A program made the translations under genes and the position numbers. Below, one piece after another: positions 8,795 to 17,886 of a stretch of DNA of 64,000 nucleotides (position 1 is the stretch's first letter; each line of letters starts with the position of its first letter). A model generated the notes under the pieces. That model ran no database searches, was not told the origin of the DNA, and saw only the letters and a program-made list of their open reading frames with translations. Where the stretch lies: positions 1 through 64,000 of the IMG/VR virus record IMGVR_UViG_3300009285_002342. One strand, given 5' to 3'. The stretch comes from a virus.

Positions 8795-9175
8795 ATGGAA
8801 CTAACATCCGAAAACGTCGAAAGAATATTTATGGATTGCCTTTTTAAGGAAGGCGAAGACACTTCAAACTACATTCCCGCCGAAGGGATCACAACAAACG
8901 TCGGCTTTCATCCCGAACGAATCGAATCCCATCGGGAAGAAATCGTGTCCATGCTTTCCGAGTTGCCGGAGCCGTTCATGGAAAAATCGGGCGGCGGCTG
9001 GACGTTCCTTAATGCCTGCAACGATAAAAACGGAAAACAATGGACTTCGTTCCGCCAACGTATGGAACAACTTTTTCAGCTCGGAATCGGAATCGAGAAG
9101 GTCGCATATCTCATGCCAAGGGATATGTAGCGAATTTTGCCGAGTGGAATGCCGTATCTGGTTGTTAAAGATTAA
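8795..9175 (+). CDS. Conserved phage protein with in-frame TAG at 9128-9130 (probable Trp codon mutated)
   Basis: SGGGWTFLNAC motif; frame continues after TAG as RILPSGMPYLVVKD up to the terminator. Confidence 0.6.
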
Positions 9176-9185
9176 TTTCCTTCGC

Positions 9186-9227
9186 AAACCGGGTTTCGCT
9201 TTCATACGGAAACCCGGTTTTCTTTTC
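9186..9227 (+). terminator. Rho-independent terminator ending the early block
   Basis: AAACCGGGTTTC/GAAACCCGGTTT stem followed by T-rich tail. Confidence 0.8.
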
Positions 9228-9399
9228 CCTGATTTCCCGTCATTTTTCCGATACCCTCTAAAACCCCGTAGAATCCTCTAGAATCGATTCATTTTTCCAA
9301 CCTATACCTAACTATTCCTTTCGAAAGAAACCCCGTTAAAAAGCCTTACGTTTCGCCTTAGATCCTATTCCGAATTCACCCCTAAACATTAAATCCTGT

Positions 9400-9718
9400 T
9401 TAGTCACTAAATTTCATTTATTCCCTTTTTATTATTTATTCAAAAAATGAATCATATTCAATAAATTTCGTTCGTTTAAAAAATGAATCGTATTTAGTAA
9501 ATCTGCACTATCCAAAAAATAAATCATATTCACTAAATTTCATTTATTCAATAAATTCGATTCATTTAATAAATCCGATTTTTTACGGGGTAGGGTAGGG
9601 TGGTAAAAAATTTTCGATCTTCGGATTTTTTTGCCCGCAAAAACGTGCTCGTACTGGCAACTTTTGAAATTTAGATTTAAATCGTACTGTCAACTTTTCG
9701 ATTTTCAAATTCAAAAGG
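9400..9718. repeat. AT-rich iteron-like array, G-rich tract and paired 15 bp motifs (module copy 2)
   Basis: Same architecture and orientation as 2411-2812. Confidence 0.85.
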
Positions 9719-9733
9719 TGGGTAGATTTTTCC

Positions 9734-9815
9734 GCTTCGCCTAATCGTTTTTAAGACGTTTTTATTTTTACCCGTAGGGTATCTATATCGTTTAACCTAA
9801 GCGATTCTACGAAGC
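9734..9815 (+). repeat. Dispersed TIR element, copy A
   Basis: GCTTCGCCTAATCGTTTTTAAG...ACCCGTAGGGT...CGTTTAACCTAAGCGATTCTACGAAGC. Confidence 0.85.
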
Positions 9816-9977
9816 CTAGAGAGGCAAATAATTATAAACTCCAACCTCTATATCCATTTCTTCTTCCTGCTTCTTCTAGTAAGCGCCTTTCTTCCCTTCT
9901 TCGTTTTCTTTTCATTATCCGTTTCAGAAATTTCTTATAACCTTTAGACTTTTCACCTTTACAAATCTGTTCAATAT

Positions 9978-10352
9978 TCATTTCTCGTTTCTTTTCCGTT
10001 TTTCCTTAGCGGTTTTGACCCTATGGTGAGAAAAACAGAGGGATTGTAAATTGTTTTCGTCCCAAAAATCCCCACCATCTTTTACTTCTATAATATGGTC
10101 CACGGTTTCCGCAGCTTCCGTAACATCGAATTTTAAACATTCTACGCAAAGTGGCTCTTTGCACAAATGTCTGTTTCTTAACCGTTGCCATCTCGCAGTA
10201 TGATATCTAGGATCGCTACGATAATCGGAATCCCTCGTTTCGTATTTCGGTTTAACTGCCTTTTCGTAAAGATTATGTTTTTTACAATACTTCCCTTGAA
10301 CTATGATTTCCGGACAAGACGGATAGGCACACGCTTTACCTAAAGTTGGCAT
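9978..10352 (-). CDS. HNH endonuclease, terminase-associated (HK97 gp74-like)
   Basis: CAYPSC..YCKKH, RWQRLR, PLCVEC, VDHI..KDGGDFWDENNLQSLCFSHH. Confidence 0.9.
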   Translation of the reverse strand: MPTLGKACAYPSCPEIIVQGKYCKKHNLYEKAVKPKYETRDSDYRSDPRYHTARWQRLRNRHLCKEPLCVECLKFDVTEAAETVDHIIEVKDGGDFWDENNLQSLCFSHHRVKTAKEKRKRNEK

Positions 10353-10355
10353 TAT

Positions 10356-10523
10356 TTATCCTTTCTTAACCAACTTAAAATCATTAAACCGGGACTTCCC
10401 GCATCTTGGACAAGGATAGTTTTCTTTGGCATATACCTTTTCAATAACGGAAATTAAATAACCGCATTCAGGACAAGCCCAAATGTTTTTCTTAACCAAC
10501 TTAAAATTAATTAACTTTCCCAT
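10356..10523 (-). CDS. Small zinc-ribbon protein (55 aa)
   Basis: CPEC and CPRC; a 19 bp direct repeat encodes FKLVKK at both ends. Confidence 0.6.
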   Translation of the reverse strand: MGKLINFKLVKKNIWACPECGYLISVIEKVYAKENYPCPRCGKSRFNDFKLVKKG

Positions 10524-10525
10524 TT

Positions 10526-10894
10526 TTATGTGCTTAACCCAAAATGTTTAGCGATACGGGCCTTAGCTTGTTTAAGACAAATATGAACCCTTGGTTGCCG
10601 AATATTAAGACATTCAGCAATTTCGCATTGAGTCATCTTACGCCAATAGAAGTACCATAAACACTGAGTTTGCCGAGTTGTAAGTTGAACTTGCGATAGT
10701 AGGTTCCATTCTTTTTTACCTAACCTAAAACAGTCCATCTCCATTTCTTGTAACGTTAGATAATTCTTAGCAGCTAAACCCTCCGTTCCGTAGATACTTT
10801 CCATGTATTCCGGCGGTAAACAGACTTCACCTTCCTCTTCCCTTCCCTTTATCCGATCCCTTGTCCAGCACACCTTCTCCCGTTTTCTTTCCAT
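10526..10894 (-). CDS. Sigma-70 region 4-like HTH transcription regulator
   Basis: LTTRQTQCL..FYW.KMTQCEIAECLNIRQPRV. Confidence 0.8.
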   Translation of the reverse strand: MERKREKVCWTRDRIKGREEEGEVCLPPEYMESIYGTEGLAAKNYLTLQEMEMDCFRLGKKEWNLLSQVQLTTRQTQCLWYFYWRKMTQCEIAECLNIRQPRVHICLKQAKARIAKHFGLST

Positions 10895-10966
10895 ACCTCG
10901 GAATTCTCCCTTCTATTAAGATTTTTTGAAGGGCCGTCCGGAGTATGGGTGGGCCGGTAAACGTAA

Positions 10967-11245
10967 TTACCCTCTAAGGTAAAACAAAGTCCCGCCAGGT
11001 TTACAAACTTCTACTTTTTTTAGTTTACAATCCGCACCAATATGCAGAAAAATCCACGGATGCTTAGTTTGAAATCTTCCGCCGGCAAAGGATGGATGCA
11101 ATTTAAAGCCGGAAGATTCTTTTTTAGCGAATCTTAAAATATCTTCGCAATCGTGAATATCTATACCTAAATCAATAGCCATCATATCCATTTTAAGATC
11201 CTGAACAATTTGATGTGAAGTCCAAGTTTTGCCTTCCCATGTCAT
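10967..11245 (-). CDS. Hypothetical protein
   Basis: ATGA-coupled ORF. Confidence 0.65.
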   Translation of the reverse strand: MTWEGKTWTSHQIVQDLKMDMMAIDLGIDIHDCEDILRFAKKESSGFKLHPSFAGGRFQTKHPWIFLHIGADCKLKKVEVCKPGGTLFYLRG

Positions 11246-12150
11246 AGCGAATACCTATATTTCTCCATTGCTTTTTCGAATTTGCCTCTTTCTGGTTGCT
11301 CAATTAGATTTAGTACCGCATTCCTATTTACCGATTTAGATTTAAAATCGTAGATATCTCGGATATGCTTTTCGGTAAGATCGTTCCATTTTAATCCAGT
11401 ATAATTTTCTTCGGCACACGCAACATAAAATTCAGGAATTTGAACAAAATGATCATACCGAACTCTCCAACAATCCCCATCTTTATTATCGAAAAATAAA
11501 TCGCCGGCATCCATTAAACAACGCCAAGTCTGCGCAGCTCTAGTAGCAGGTGAATAAAATTGCCATTGTCCCCTAAGATATTTCGGAATATAAAGCGGCG
11601 CTTCATTATCGGCAAATTCTATCGGTTTATAATCATCCGCAAACCACCCTCTTCCTAAAGACGAAGCAACTACATCTATTCCGTCCCTAACTACATGAAC
11701 AAAATGACAATTCGGAAAAATTCGATTAAAAATTTCAAAATAATTCTGTGATTCATTTGTTTTAATTATAATCCAGGGTTTAACGGTTTCAAACCATTCT
11801 AAAGCGAAATCTCTAGTCGAAATATTTGGGCGGTTTTCATAATAATTTCCCCAATATGACCAGTCCTTTTCATTATTGTTTAGGCTTCTGCCTTGCACTA
11901 TCGGAAGAATATAATCTTCAAAAAGCGTACCTAAAAAAATACTCTTTTGTAATGTTTCATAGTAAAAACTGTTTACTCTACTTCCCCATAGCATCGGAGC
12001 ATATTTCATAATCGCCGGTTCGAAAAGATAAATAGCAGGTTCCATACTTCCAATTAATTTCCCAAAGATTGTAGTACCGCTACGACCTACACCGGAAATA
12101 ATAATCGTTCTATCCGTAAAATACTTTTCGTAATCTATCGCTGTTTTCAT
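11242..12150 (-). CDS. Sulfotransferase
   Basis: 5'-PSB loop GVGRSGTT, HVVRDG.DVVAS and VRYD motifs. Confidence 0.9.
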   Translation of the reverse strand: MKTAIDYEKYFTDRTIIISGVGRSGTTIFGKLIGSMEPAIYLFEPAIMKYAPMLWGSRVNSFYYETLQKSIFLGTLFEDYILPIVQGRSLNNNEKDWSYWGNYYENRPNISTRDFALEWFETVKPWIIIKTNESQNYFEIFNRIFPNCHFVHVVRDGIDVVASSLGRGWFADDYKPIEFADNEAPLYIPKYLRGQWQFYSPATRAAQTWRCLMDAGDLFFDNKDGDCWRVRYDHFVQIPEFYVACAEENYTGLKWNDLTEKHIRDIYDFKSKSVNRNAVLNLIEQPERGKFEKAMEKYRYSL

Positions 12151-12152
12151 TT

Positions 12153-13073
12153 TTACTCCTTTAAAAAATTACGGCTATTTAGCATTGTTCCCAGGTTATA
12201 AGATTCTTCACCACCGTAAACCTTCCAGTATGTTTCACTATTAATTTCAATTAAAATATCCGGAATGTAAAATTTATAATCATCTGGATATCTTTCCGCT
12301 TTCGTATTTCCTAGGCCTCCCATTCTTTTCGGATTTTCCGATTCTTCCCATAATTCAACGGTAAAATTACCTAATATCTGCTCATAATACGGAATACCGC
12401 GAAAAACATGCCCGGCCTTACTACAGGCAATTTCGCCTTTAAACAGTTTTTGCCCGCTTTCCTCTAATTCTTTTTTGCATTTATCCAATGTGGACCAATC
12501 CTGAAAAATATGAGCACCATGAAAAAATATTCTTTTCGCCCTGATTTCTTCAATACATAGAAAATTTACTACTTGATGCAAATTTAAAATTACTTGCGGT
12601 ACGCGCTTCCCGCTATTCATATAATAAAAATACGAAACATCGGGATCTGCAATTGTTTCTCCGAATTCCCTTACAATACATTTAAAATTAATGTATTGTT
12701 TTGCACAATTAACCATTTCTTGTATTGTAGACTTCCAATTTAAAAGATGTGGAAATAAAGACTGCATCGTTACGACATCATATTTTTCCTTTGGTCTATC
12801 CTTCGGGAATTCACCTTTTATAAAGTAGATATCGGGATATTTTTTTAGTCCATAATTCAAGCAATTCTCATCAATATCCATTACGGTCCCGTGAATTTTA
12901 GCAACTTTCCTATTAATAAATTCAATAAAATTTCCCGCCGCGCCACCGATATCCAGAATAGACCAACCCGTTTGAATCGATCCGCTATTGACAAAAAACA
13001 TACATTCAAACCCCGAAAAGGTTTTTTCGGATGGTTCTTCGTTTGCGTAAATTTCAAAATTCAAATTTCTCAT
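12153..13073 (-). CDS. Class I SAM-dependent methyltransferase
   Basis: SILDIGGAAG, MDID and YDVV..QSLFPH motifs. Confidence 0.85.
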   Translation of the reverse strand: MRNLNFEIYANEEPSEKTFSGFECMFFVNSGSIQTGWSILDIGGAAGNFIEFINRKVAKIHGTVMDIDENCLNYGLKKYPDIYFIKGEFPKDRPKEKYDVVTMQSLFPHLLNWKSTIQEMVNCAKQYINFKCIVREFGETIADPDVSYFYYMNSGKRVPQVILNLHQVVNFLCIEEIRAKRIFFHGAHIFQDWSTLDKCKKELEESGQKLFKGEIACSKAGHVFRGIPYYEQILGNFTVELWEESENPKRMGGLGNTKAERYPDDYKFYIPDILIEINSETYWKVYGGEESYNLGTMLNSRNFLKE

Positions 13074-13075
13074 TT

Positions 13076-13297
13076 TTATTCCTTATCGTAAAGAAAAGAA
13101 AGGGATAGAATAACAACATTATCAGGATCTATTTCTAATTTATTAGCAGTATAATTTCTAATTTTTCGATAATTTTCCCCTACCGTAAAATCATCATTAG
13201 AAGAAAATATTCCGTCTAAATATTGGATACTTAAAGCCCCGTATTCACTTTGTATATATCTTGCTACACAATAATGATAAACTCTCATTTTCTCCAT
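13076..13297 (-). CDS. Hypothetical protein
   Basis: GGAGG RBS, coupled. Confidence 0.65.
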   Translation of the reverse strand: MEKMRVYHYCVARYIQSEYGALSIQYLDGIFSSNDDFTVGENYRKIRNYTANKLEIDPDNVVILSLSFLYDKE

Positions 13298-13460
13298 TCC
13301 TCCGCTAGTTTTAAAGTAACGAAATGTTTTAACGGATCAAATTGCTCATGTGAATACAAAAACTTTGTGTATTTAAGAATTTCAATAAACATTATGCTAT
13401 ACGCAACCGATCTCGTAAGATCGGACACCGTATAATCGAATTTAGGAGTTAATTTAACGT

Positions 13461-14237
13461 TCATCTGCAAAACTCCTTCAATCTTAAATATCCATGGCAT
13501 GAATTACAATATACGCCATCGAAACTATTCTTTGTATAATATCCTAGACATATATCGCATCTTTCCCAATTCTTCCGTCTTTCTTCAGAAAACATCTGTA
13601 CCGTAGGCAAACCACCTTTGTGCCTTACTTCATCTTTCTTATACTTATAGGCACCGGAATATCCATATCCAGCATAATTTTCTATCCCCCGATTCGAAAA
13701 CCAGCAATTGTTCTTCCACTCGCCGTGCTGGCTATTAAACATATTAATATCGCCTCTAGAATTCATAAAAATAAGTTTTGACGAATTATAATAACAATAT
13801 TCTTGTAAAGTAGCGATAATTGTTTCATTATACAAAAAACCTTTCGGAAGTTTTTGTAGTATTTCTTCGTTAAATCTCTGTGTATCGCTTTTCCCGTCAT
13901 TCCTTCCTTCGCCAAAATATGAGGAAAACTCAAAGAAATTGCCGTTATGAATAAAAGCAAGATCGGGATTGACGAAGTGGGGATGACAAAATTCTTGTCC
14001 TATACCGGAAGCGGAAGCTGTACGGAAGTGGATAACTAAGGAAGAATCAGGAAATTCCCTGCGTACTAAGTTATATTGAGATACGAAGAAATTCCAATCC
14101 CAATGTCCCTTTAGGGAAAAAAGTTCGTTATTAGTTGCCCAAAGTATTCCGCAACCATCCGGATTAGCAATATATCCATCGTACAAACGTGTCGCAGAGA
14201 CTTCTTGTTTTTTCGGTATATAAATTCCTAAGCACAT
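13461..14237 (-). CDS. Class II (Ntn) glutamine amidotransferase, YafJ-like
   Basis: Start MCLGI gives an N-terminal Cys; NPDGCG, HFRTAS, HPH, HNG and SDT motifs. Confidence 0.88.
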   Translation of the reverse strand: MCLGIYIPKKQEVSATRLYDGYIANPDGCGILWATNNELFSLKGHWDWNFFVSQYNLVRREFPDSSLVIHFRTASASGIGQEFCHPHFVNPDLAFIHNGNFFEFSSYFGEGRNDGKSDTQRFNEEILQKLPKGFLYNETIIATLQEYCYYNSSKLIFMNSRGDINMFNSQHGEWKNNCWFSNRGIENYAGYGYSGAYKYKKDEVRHKGGLPTVQMFSEERRKNWERCDICLGYYTKNSFDGVYCNSCHGYLRLKEFCR

Positions 14238-14242
14238 TGGCG

Positions 14243-14476
14243 TTATCCCGTACTGCAAACTTTTGATGTTTCGTGTTGTATTTGATATATAGTTACTTTA
14301 TTTGTAAAGTAAAATCTTCTGCCGCAATTTGGACAACCGCCAGTAGTCTCGCGATATATAGAAATTACATTATCCCAATACTCAAATGTTCTATCACAAA
14401 CACATTTAAGTAAAGGAAGTGATTCGCCGTCAATTCCACCGAAAACAACCTTATCTGTTACGTCAAGATCTATCAT
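14243..14476 (-). CDS. Small zinc-ribbon protein
   Basis: CVC and CPNC. Confidence 0.6.
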   Translation of the reverse strand: MIDLDVTDKVVFGGIDGESLPLLKCVCDRTFEYWDNVISIYRETTGGCPNCGRRFYFTNKVTIYQIQHETSKVCSTG

Positions 14477-14687
14477 TTCGCCCCGTACTGCAAACTTTTA
14501 AAGTTGAATTTAAAAATTCTTGAAGATCTAATCCCGCCGCTAATCTCCGCTTCCTATCAAAGAAAAGCCTTGTGTCCCTACAGTAACTGCAGGAATGATG
14601 ATTTGTTCAAGAATAATCAAAAGCTTTGCTTCCTCTATAAGGCTTTCTCCAGTCTTTACGATTCGGATATTGATGTCGGAAGCTCAT
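14463..14687 (-). CDS. Candidate selenoprotein (74 aa, in-frame TGA at 14607-14609, U-x2-H-x2-C-x2-C)
   Basis: GAGGA RBS; MSFRHQYPNRKDWRKPYRGSKAFDYS-U-TNHHSCSYCRDTRL...; hairpin 11 nt after the UGA; read-through ORF overlaps the next gene's start. Confidence 0.6.
14575..14595 (-). promoter_or_regulatory. Bacterial SECIS-like hairpin
   Basis: TTCCTGCAG-TTA-CTGTAGGGA begins exactly 11 nt 3' of the UGA. Confidence 0.55.
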
Positions 14688-14826
14688 TTGTTTTATCCTC
14701 TATCTTTTTTATTTTAAAAAGTCTATACGAGATTCTCCATCCTTCGCATAAACCTCCAATAATATCTTCTTCGGTTAAATCAGACCAAATTTCCGGATAT
14801 TCAATTTCGAATATGATAGTTTTCAT
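14656..14826 (-). CDS. Hypothetical protein (56 aa)
   Basis: ATGA overlap with the amidotransferase stop. Confidence 0.55.
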   Translation of the reverse strand: MKTIIFEIEYPEIWSDLTEEDIIGGLCEGWRISYRLFKIKKIEDKTNELPTSISES

Positions 14827-15899
14827 TTTACTTCCTCATTGAATATCCAAGGTCTAGCAGGATCGCCGGATCTTTTTAGTAAATCCCGATTAGCGAAACT
14901 ATCCAAGACATATAAAAAATCTTGTTTCCCCATTTCAAAATAATCTAAGTAGCAATCCAAATATTCTAACGGAAAGGCTCCATCTAGTTCGTTAATGATT
15001 TTCACGCCTTCTTCTCGGTTTAATCTTCCTCTGCGAATTTCAATACTTACATCAGCTTGGCACCGACCTATACCAAATTTTAGGTAACACAAAAACATAT
15101 GAAGATCCTGTCCAATATCCCCAAGTTGTGCGTAGTTAGTAAAAGTCCCAATTTCCCCACCTACCGGCATTTCTAAACCGTATTTATGGACCGCTACCTT
15201 CGCATGTCTTTCCGGGTCCCAATCCCAAAAATAAGAACCCCAAGTAACAAAAATATCCTTTAAGTCTTCATCCGTAGGAATTCTCCACCACGGCCCGTAC
15301 TGTTCTTGGTCTTCTTGCCCTTCGTAATAACAATTTACCAAAAAATCCCTTGTGAATCTTTGTAGGTAATCGGATTTGCCCCCGTATTCAGCTTCGCCAT
15401 TTTCGGCGTACATCAAAAGTTTAATTCCTTTTTCTTTCGCCGTCTGGATAATCGCGGTAGATATACCGGTTACGAAAGGTTGTCTAGGCATTCCCTTTCG
15501 AATTAGCCAATCTTTCGCATATTTCCTGTACGCTTTAGAATCGGGAGTTATAAGAATGTTATCAAATCCAGTATTTACGAAGTTTCTCCAGTTCCGCCAA
15601 TCTAAACCGGAAGGAATCTGCGGTGCGAAAGAAACCGTTAAAGGGTGCATACCCAATTGCAATAAAACATCCGCTATGTAGGTAGAATCTTTACCTCCGG
15701 ATGCGGGTACAATACAATTCCAATATCCATCTTCCCTACGATAACTATTACATATAGTCATGAGTTTATTAAATTGATCGTCCCAATTTATTTCTTTTTG
15801 TTTCTTCTCATGCCACTGACAAGCATTGCAAACACCTTCTTCGTTAAAGGTCATTCTTGGTCTTGATTCTGGCATTAAACATCTTAAGCATCTTTTCAT
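14823..15899 (-). CDS. N-acetyl sugar amidotransferase (PseA/WbpG/WbuX family)
   Basis: MKRCLRCLMPESRP..FNEEGVCNAC; PP-loop SGGKDS; YAENGEAEYGG; YLKFGIGR. Confidence 0.92.
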   Translation of the reverse strand: MKRCLRCLMPESRPRMTFNEEGVCNACQWHEKKQKEINWDDQFNKLMTICNSYRREDGYWNCIVPASGGKDSTYIADVLLQLGMHPLTVSFAPQIPSGLDWRNWRNFVNTGFDNILITPDSKAYRKYAKDWLIRKGMPRQPFVTGISTAIIQTAKEKGIKLLMYAENGEAEYGGKSDYLQRFTRDFLVNCYYEGQEDQEQYGPWWRIPTDEDLKDIFVTWGSYFWDWDPERHAKVAVHKYGLEMPVGGEIGTFTNYAQLGDIGQDLHMFLCYLKFGIGRCQADVSIEIRRGRLNREEGVKIINELDGAFPLEYLDCYLDYFEMGKQDFLYVLDSFANRDLLKRSGDPARPWIFNEEVK

Positions 15900-16288
15900 T
15901 TTATTTCCTCTATTTCCGGAAGATCTTTTTCTACAGGATTTACAACTACTCCAAAAGATACGCACTTTGCCGTTTTAATGTTCCTTACAAGGTTTTCATT
16001 ATCTAAATCTTCCAAAGAATGTTTTTCAACAATGTAAGACGGAACTATTCTTACTTGACTATTTATCGGTATTTCTTTCATTGTTTCAAATTCGACCAAT
16101 AATTTATCATCTTGAACTTTAGCAAAAATAATTTCCCCAATCTTTTTTCTTTGATCAAAATTTATAAAAACTGGGCAACCAACTGCGGTATCAGCAAGAC
16201 TTTGAAGTGCTTTTACTAAAAATTTAGAATAACCATTAAAATTTTCAGTAACCTTATTTGCTGTCAGACTTACAGCTTTATATTTCAT
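15896..16288 (-). CDS. Hypothetical protein
   Basis: ATGA-coupled on both sides. Confidence 0.65.
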   Translation of the reverse strand: MKYKAVSLTANKVTENFNGYSKFLVKALQSLADTAVGCPVFINFDQRKKIGEIIFAKVQDDKLLVEFETMKEIPINSQVRIVPSYIVEKHSLEDLDNENLVRNIKTAKCVSFGVVVNPVEKDLPEIEEIK

Positions 16289-17025
16289 ATCGCCTTCTCC
16301 ACATTTCTAATCATCCTAATCATTTCAGCAAAAGTCTCCGGTTCCATAGACGCTTTATGATCAGGGCCTTCCTGATTTTTATTCATAGTTAAATGTACCT
16401 CTATTACCGTAGCACCCATCGCTACCGCTGCTACCGGAATTTCAGGTAACCCAGAATGATCTGAAAGACCTATCCTCCTTTTAACGTATCCCTCTCCGAT
16501 ACGCCAATTCTCTAATCGTTTCAATTCCAAAAGCCGAGATTCACTAGGCTTTGTAGGATATGCAGAAACACAATGAAAAAAAGTAGCGTCTGTACATATG
16601 GCTTTCCACGAAATTAATTCAATTTCTGCATCCGAAGAAATACCGGTAGAAATAAACAATTTTCCTCTTTTTTGATATGCTTTTTCTATTATCGCATCTA
16701 TCATATCCAGATTCTTTACTACAGCCCGATTAGACGGAATCTTAAAAATCTTTACCCCTAAAGAATCCACAAATTTTAAAGATTCCATATCGAAAGCAGT
16801 ACAAAACCATTCTAAACCGAAAGATTCAGCATGAAGTTTTGTTATTTCTATCTCTTTTTCGTTTAAACGAAGATCGGAAATAGCTAGAAATTGATCTTTC
16901 CCCCAAAGTTGAAATTTTACAGCATCCACACCAGCCTTCTTCGCTTCTTCTATAAGTTGGATCGCTTCGCTGTATTCTCCGTTGTGATTGACTCCGATCT
17001 CAGCTACGATTGTTACTTTATTCAT
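16285..17025 (-). CDS. neuB: Nonulosonic acid synthase (NeuB family), short, lacking the C-terminal AFP/SAF domain
   Basis: AEIGVNHNG, GVDAVKFQ, KIPS, HCVSAYPT, GLSDHS, IEVHLT and GPDHKAS motifs. Confidence 0.93.
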   Translation of the reverse strand: MNKVTIVAEIGVNHNGEYSEAIQLIEEAKKAGVDAVKFQLWGKDQFLAISDLRLNEKEIEITKLHAESFGLEWFCTAFDMESLKFVDSLGVKIFKIPSNRAVVKNLDMIDAIIEKAYQKRGKLFISTGISSDAEIELISWKAICTDATFFHCVSAYPTKPSESRLLELKRLENWRIGEGYVKRRIGLSDHSGLPEIPVAAVAMGATVIEVHLTMNKNQEGPDHKASMEPETFAEMIRMIRNVEKAI

Positions 17026-17028
17026 TTT

Positions 17029-17241
17029 TTACTCCTTTTGTTCTAGAACTTTAAATTTAACACCTTCAGCAATTATTACTTGAACTTCTTGTATCCCTAC
17101 CTTTTCTAAAACACCTTCGATTGTTTTTCTAAATCTATCAATTATTTCTGCGTTCAGATAACGGTCTGACTCTACAATTAAAATATTCCCTTTTTTCAAT
17201 TCCAATTTCGATATAGTTTTGATCAAATCTAAATCGGTCAT
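17029..17241 (-). CDS. Hypothetical protein
   Basis: GGAGG RBS. Confidence 0.65.
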   Translation of the reverse strand: MTDLDLIKTISKLELKKGNILIVESDRYLNAEIIDRFRKTIEGVLEKVGIQEVQVIIAEGVKFKVLEQKE

Positions 17242-17274
17242 ATTTTCCTCCTAATCGTTCTCTAGTATTCTTCA

Positions 17275-17493
17275 TTAACTGCAAATTATTTTATATCCAC
17301 ATTGAGGGCATCTAACAAACTTAAAAATATTTCTTCCAATTGGTGAATTGCTTATATTTACCCTCATAATATCCCAAGAAGGTTTTGCGAATTGGCAACT
17401 ACATTCTTTACAAGAATATTTTTTCCAATCTTTTGGAATTTTTCCGGGTTTAAGAATAATTACGTCGTCCTGTTTTCCTATATATCTGTCCAT
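17275..17493 (-). CDS. Small zinc-ribbon protein
   Basis: CKEC and CPQC. Confidence 0.65.
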   Translation of the reverse strand: MDRYIGKQDDVIILKPGKIPKDWKKYSCKECSCQFAKPSWDIMRVNISNSPIGRNIFKFVRCPQCGYKIICS

Positions 17494-17501
17494 ATTTTTC
17501 C

Positions 17502-17588
17502 CCTAATCGTTTTTAAGGCGTTTTTATTTTTACCCGTAGGGTATTTTATAGGCTAAGGGATAGATCGTTTAACCTAAGCGATTCTACG
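17502..17588 (+). repeat. Dispersed TIR element, copy B
   Basis: Same conserved blocks as copy A; supplies the TAG stop of the upstream - strand gene. Confidence 0.85.
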
Positions 17589-17886
17589 GCGTTTCGGAAG
17601 GTATTTTATCGGTATCGCCTTCCGCCTTTTTATTACAGAACTTATAAAGCTCCTGTATCGCCTCAACTAAAGGTTTATATTGATCTTCTGGGAAACCTAA
17701 CACAATCGAAGATTCTTCACATCTTCCAATAAATTTGTCAAAAATATCTTTAGGATAATCTTTTAAGTGTATTCCGAGCAAAAATATAACTGATTGCCAT
17801 AAAATATCAACTATTGCATCACTTCGAATCACTTTTGGTTTTTTAAGGTCTTCTATATTAACAATATTCGATTTATCTTTTTTCAT
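17584..17886 (-). CDS. Hypothetical protein
   Basis: ATGA-coupled to the dehydratase. Confidence 0.65.
   Translation of the reverse strand: MKKDKSNIVNIEDLKKPKVIRSDAIVDILWQSVIFLLGIHLKDYPKDIFDKFIGRCEESSIVLGFPEDQYKPLVEAIQELYKFCNKKAEGDTDKIPSETP

Noticed and set aside
9128-14609. Genome-wide stop-codon reassignment (TAG or TGA)
   Set aside because: Nearly all genes are intact in the standard code and use TAG/TGA as coupled stops; only isolated cases occur
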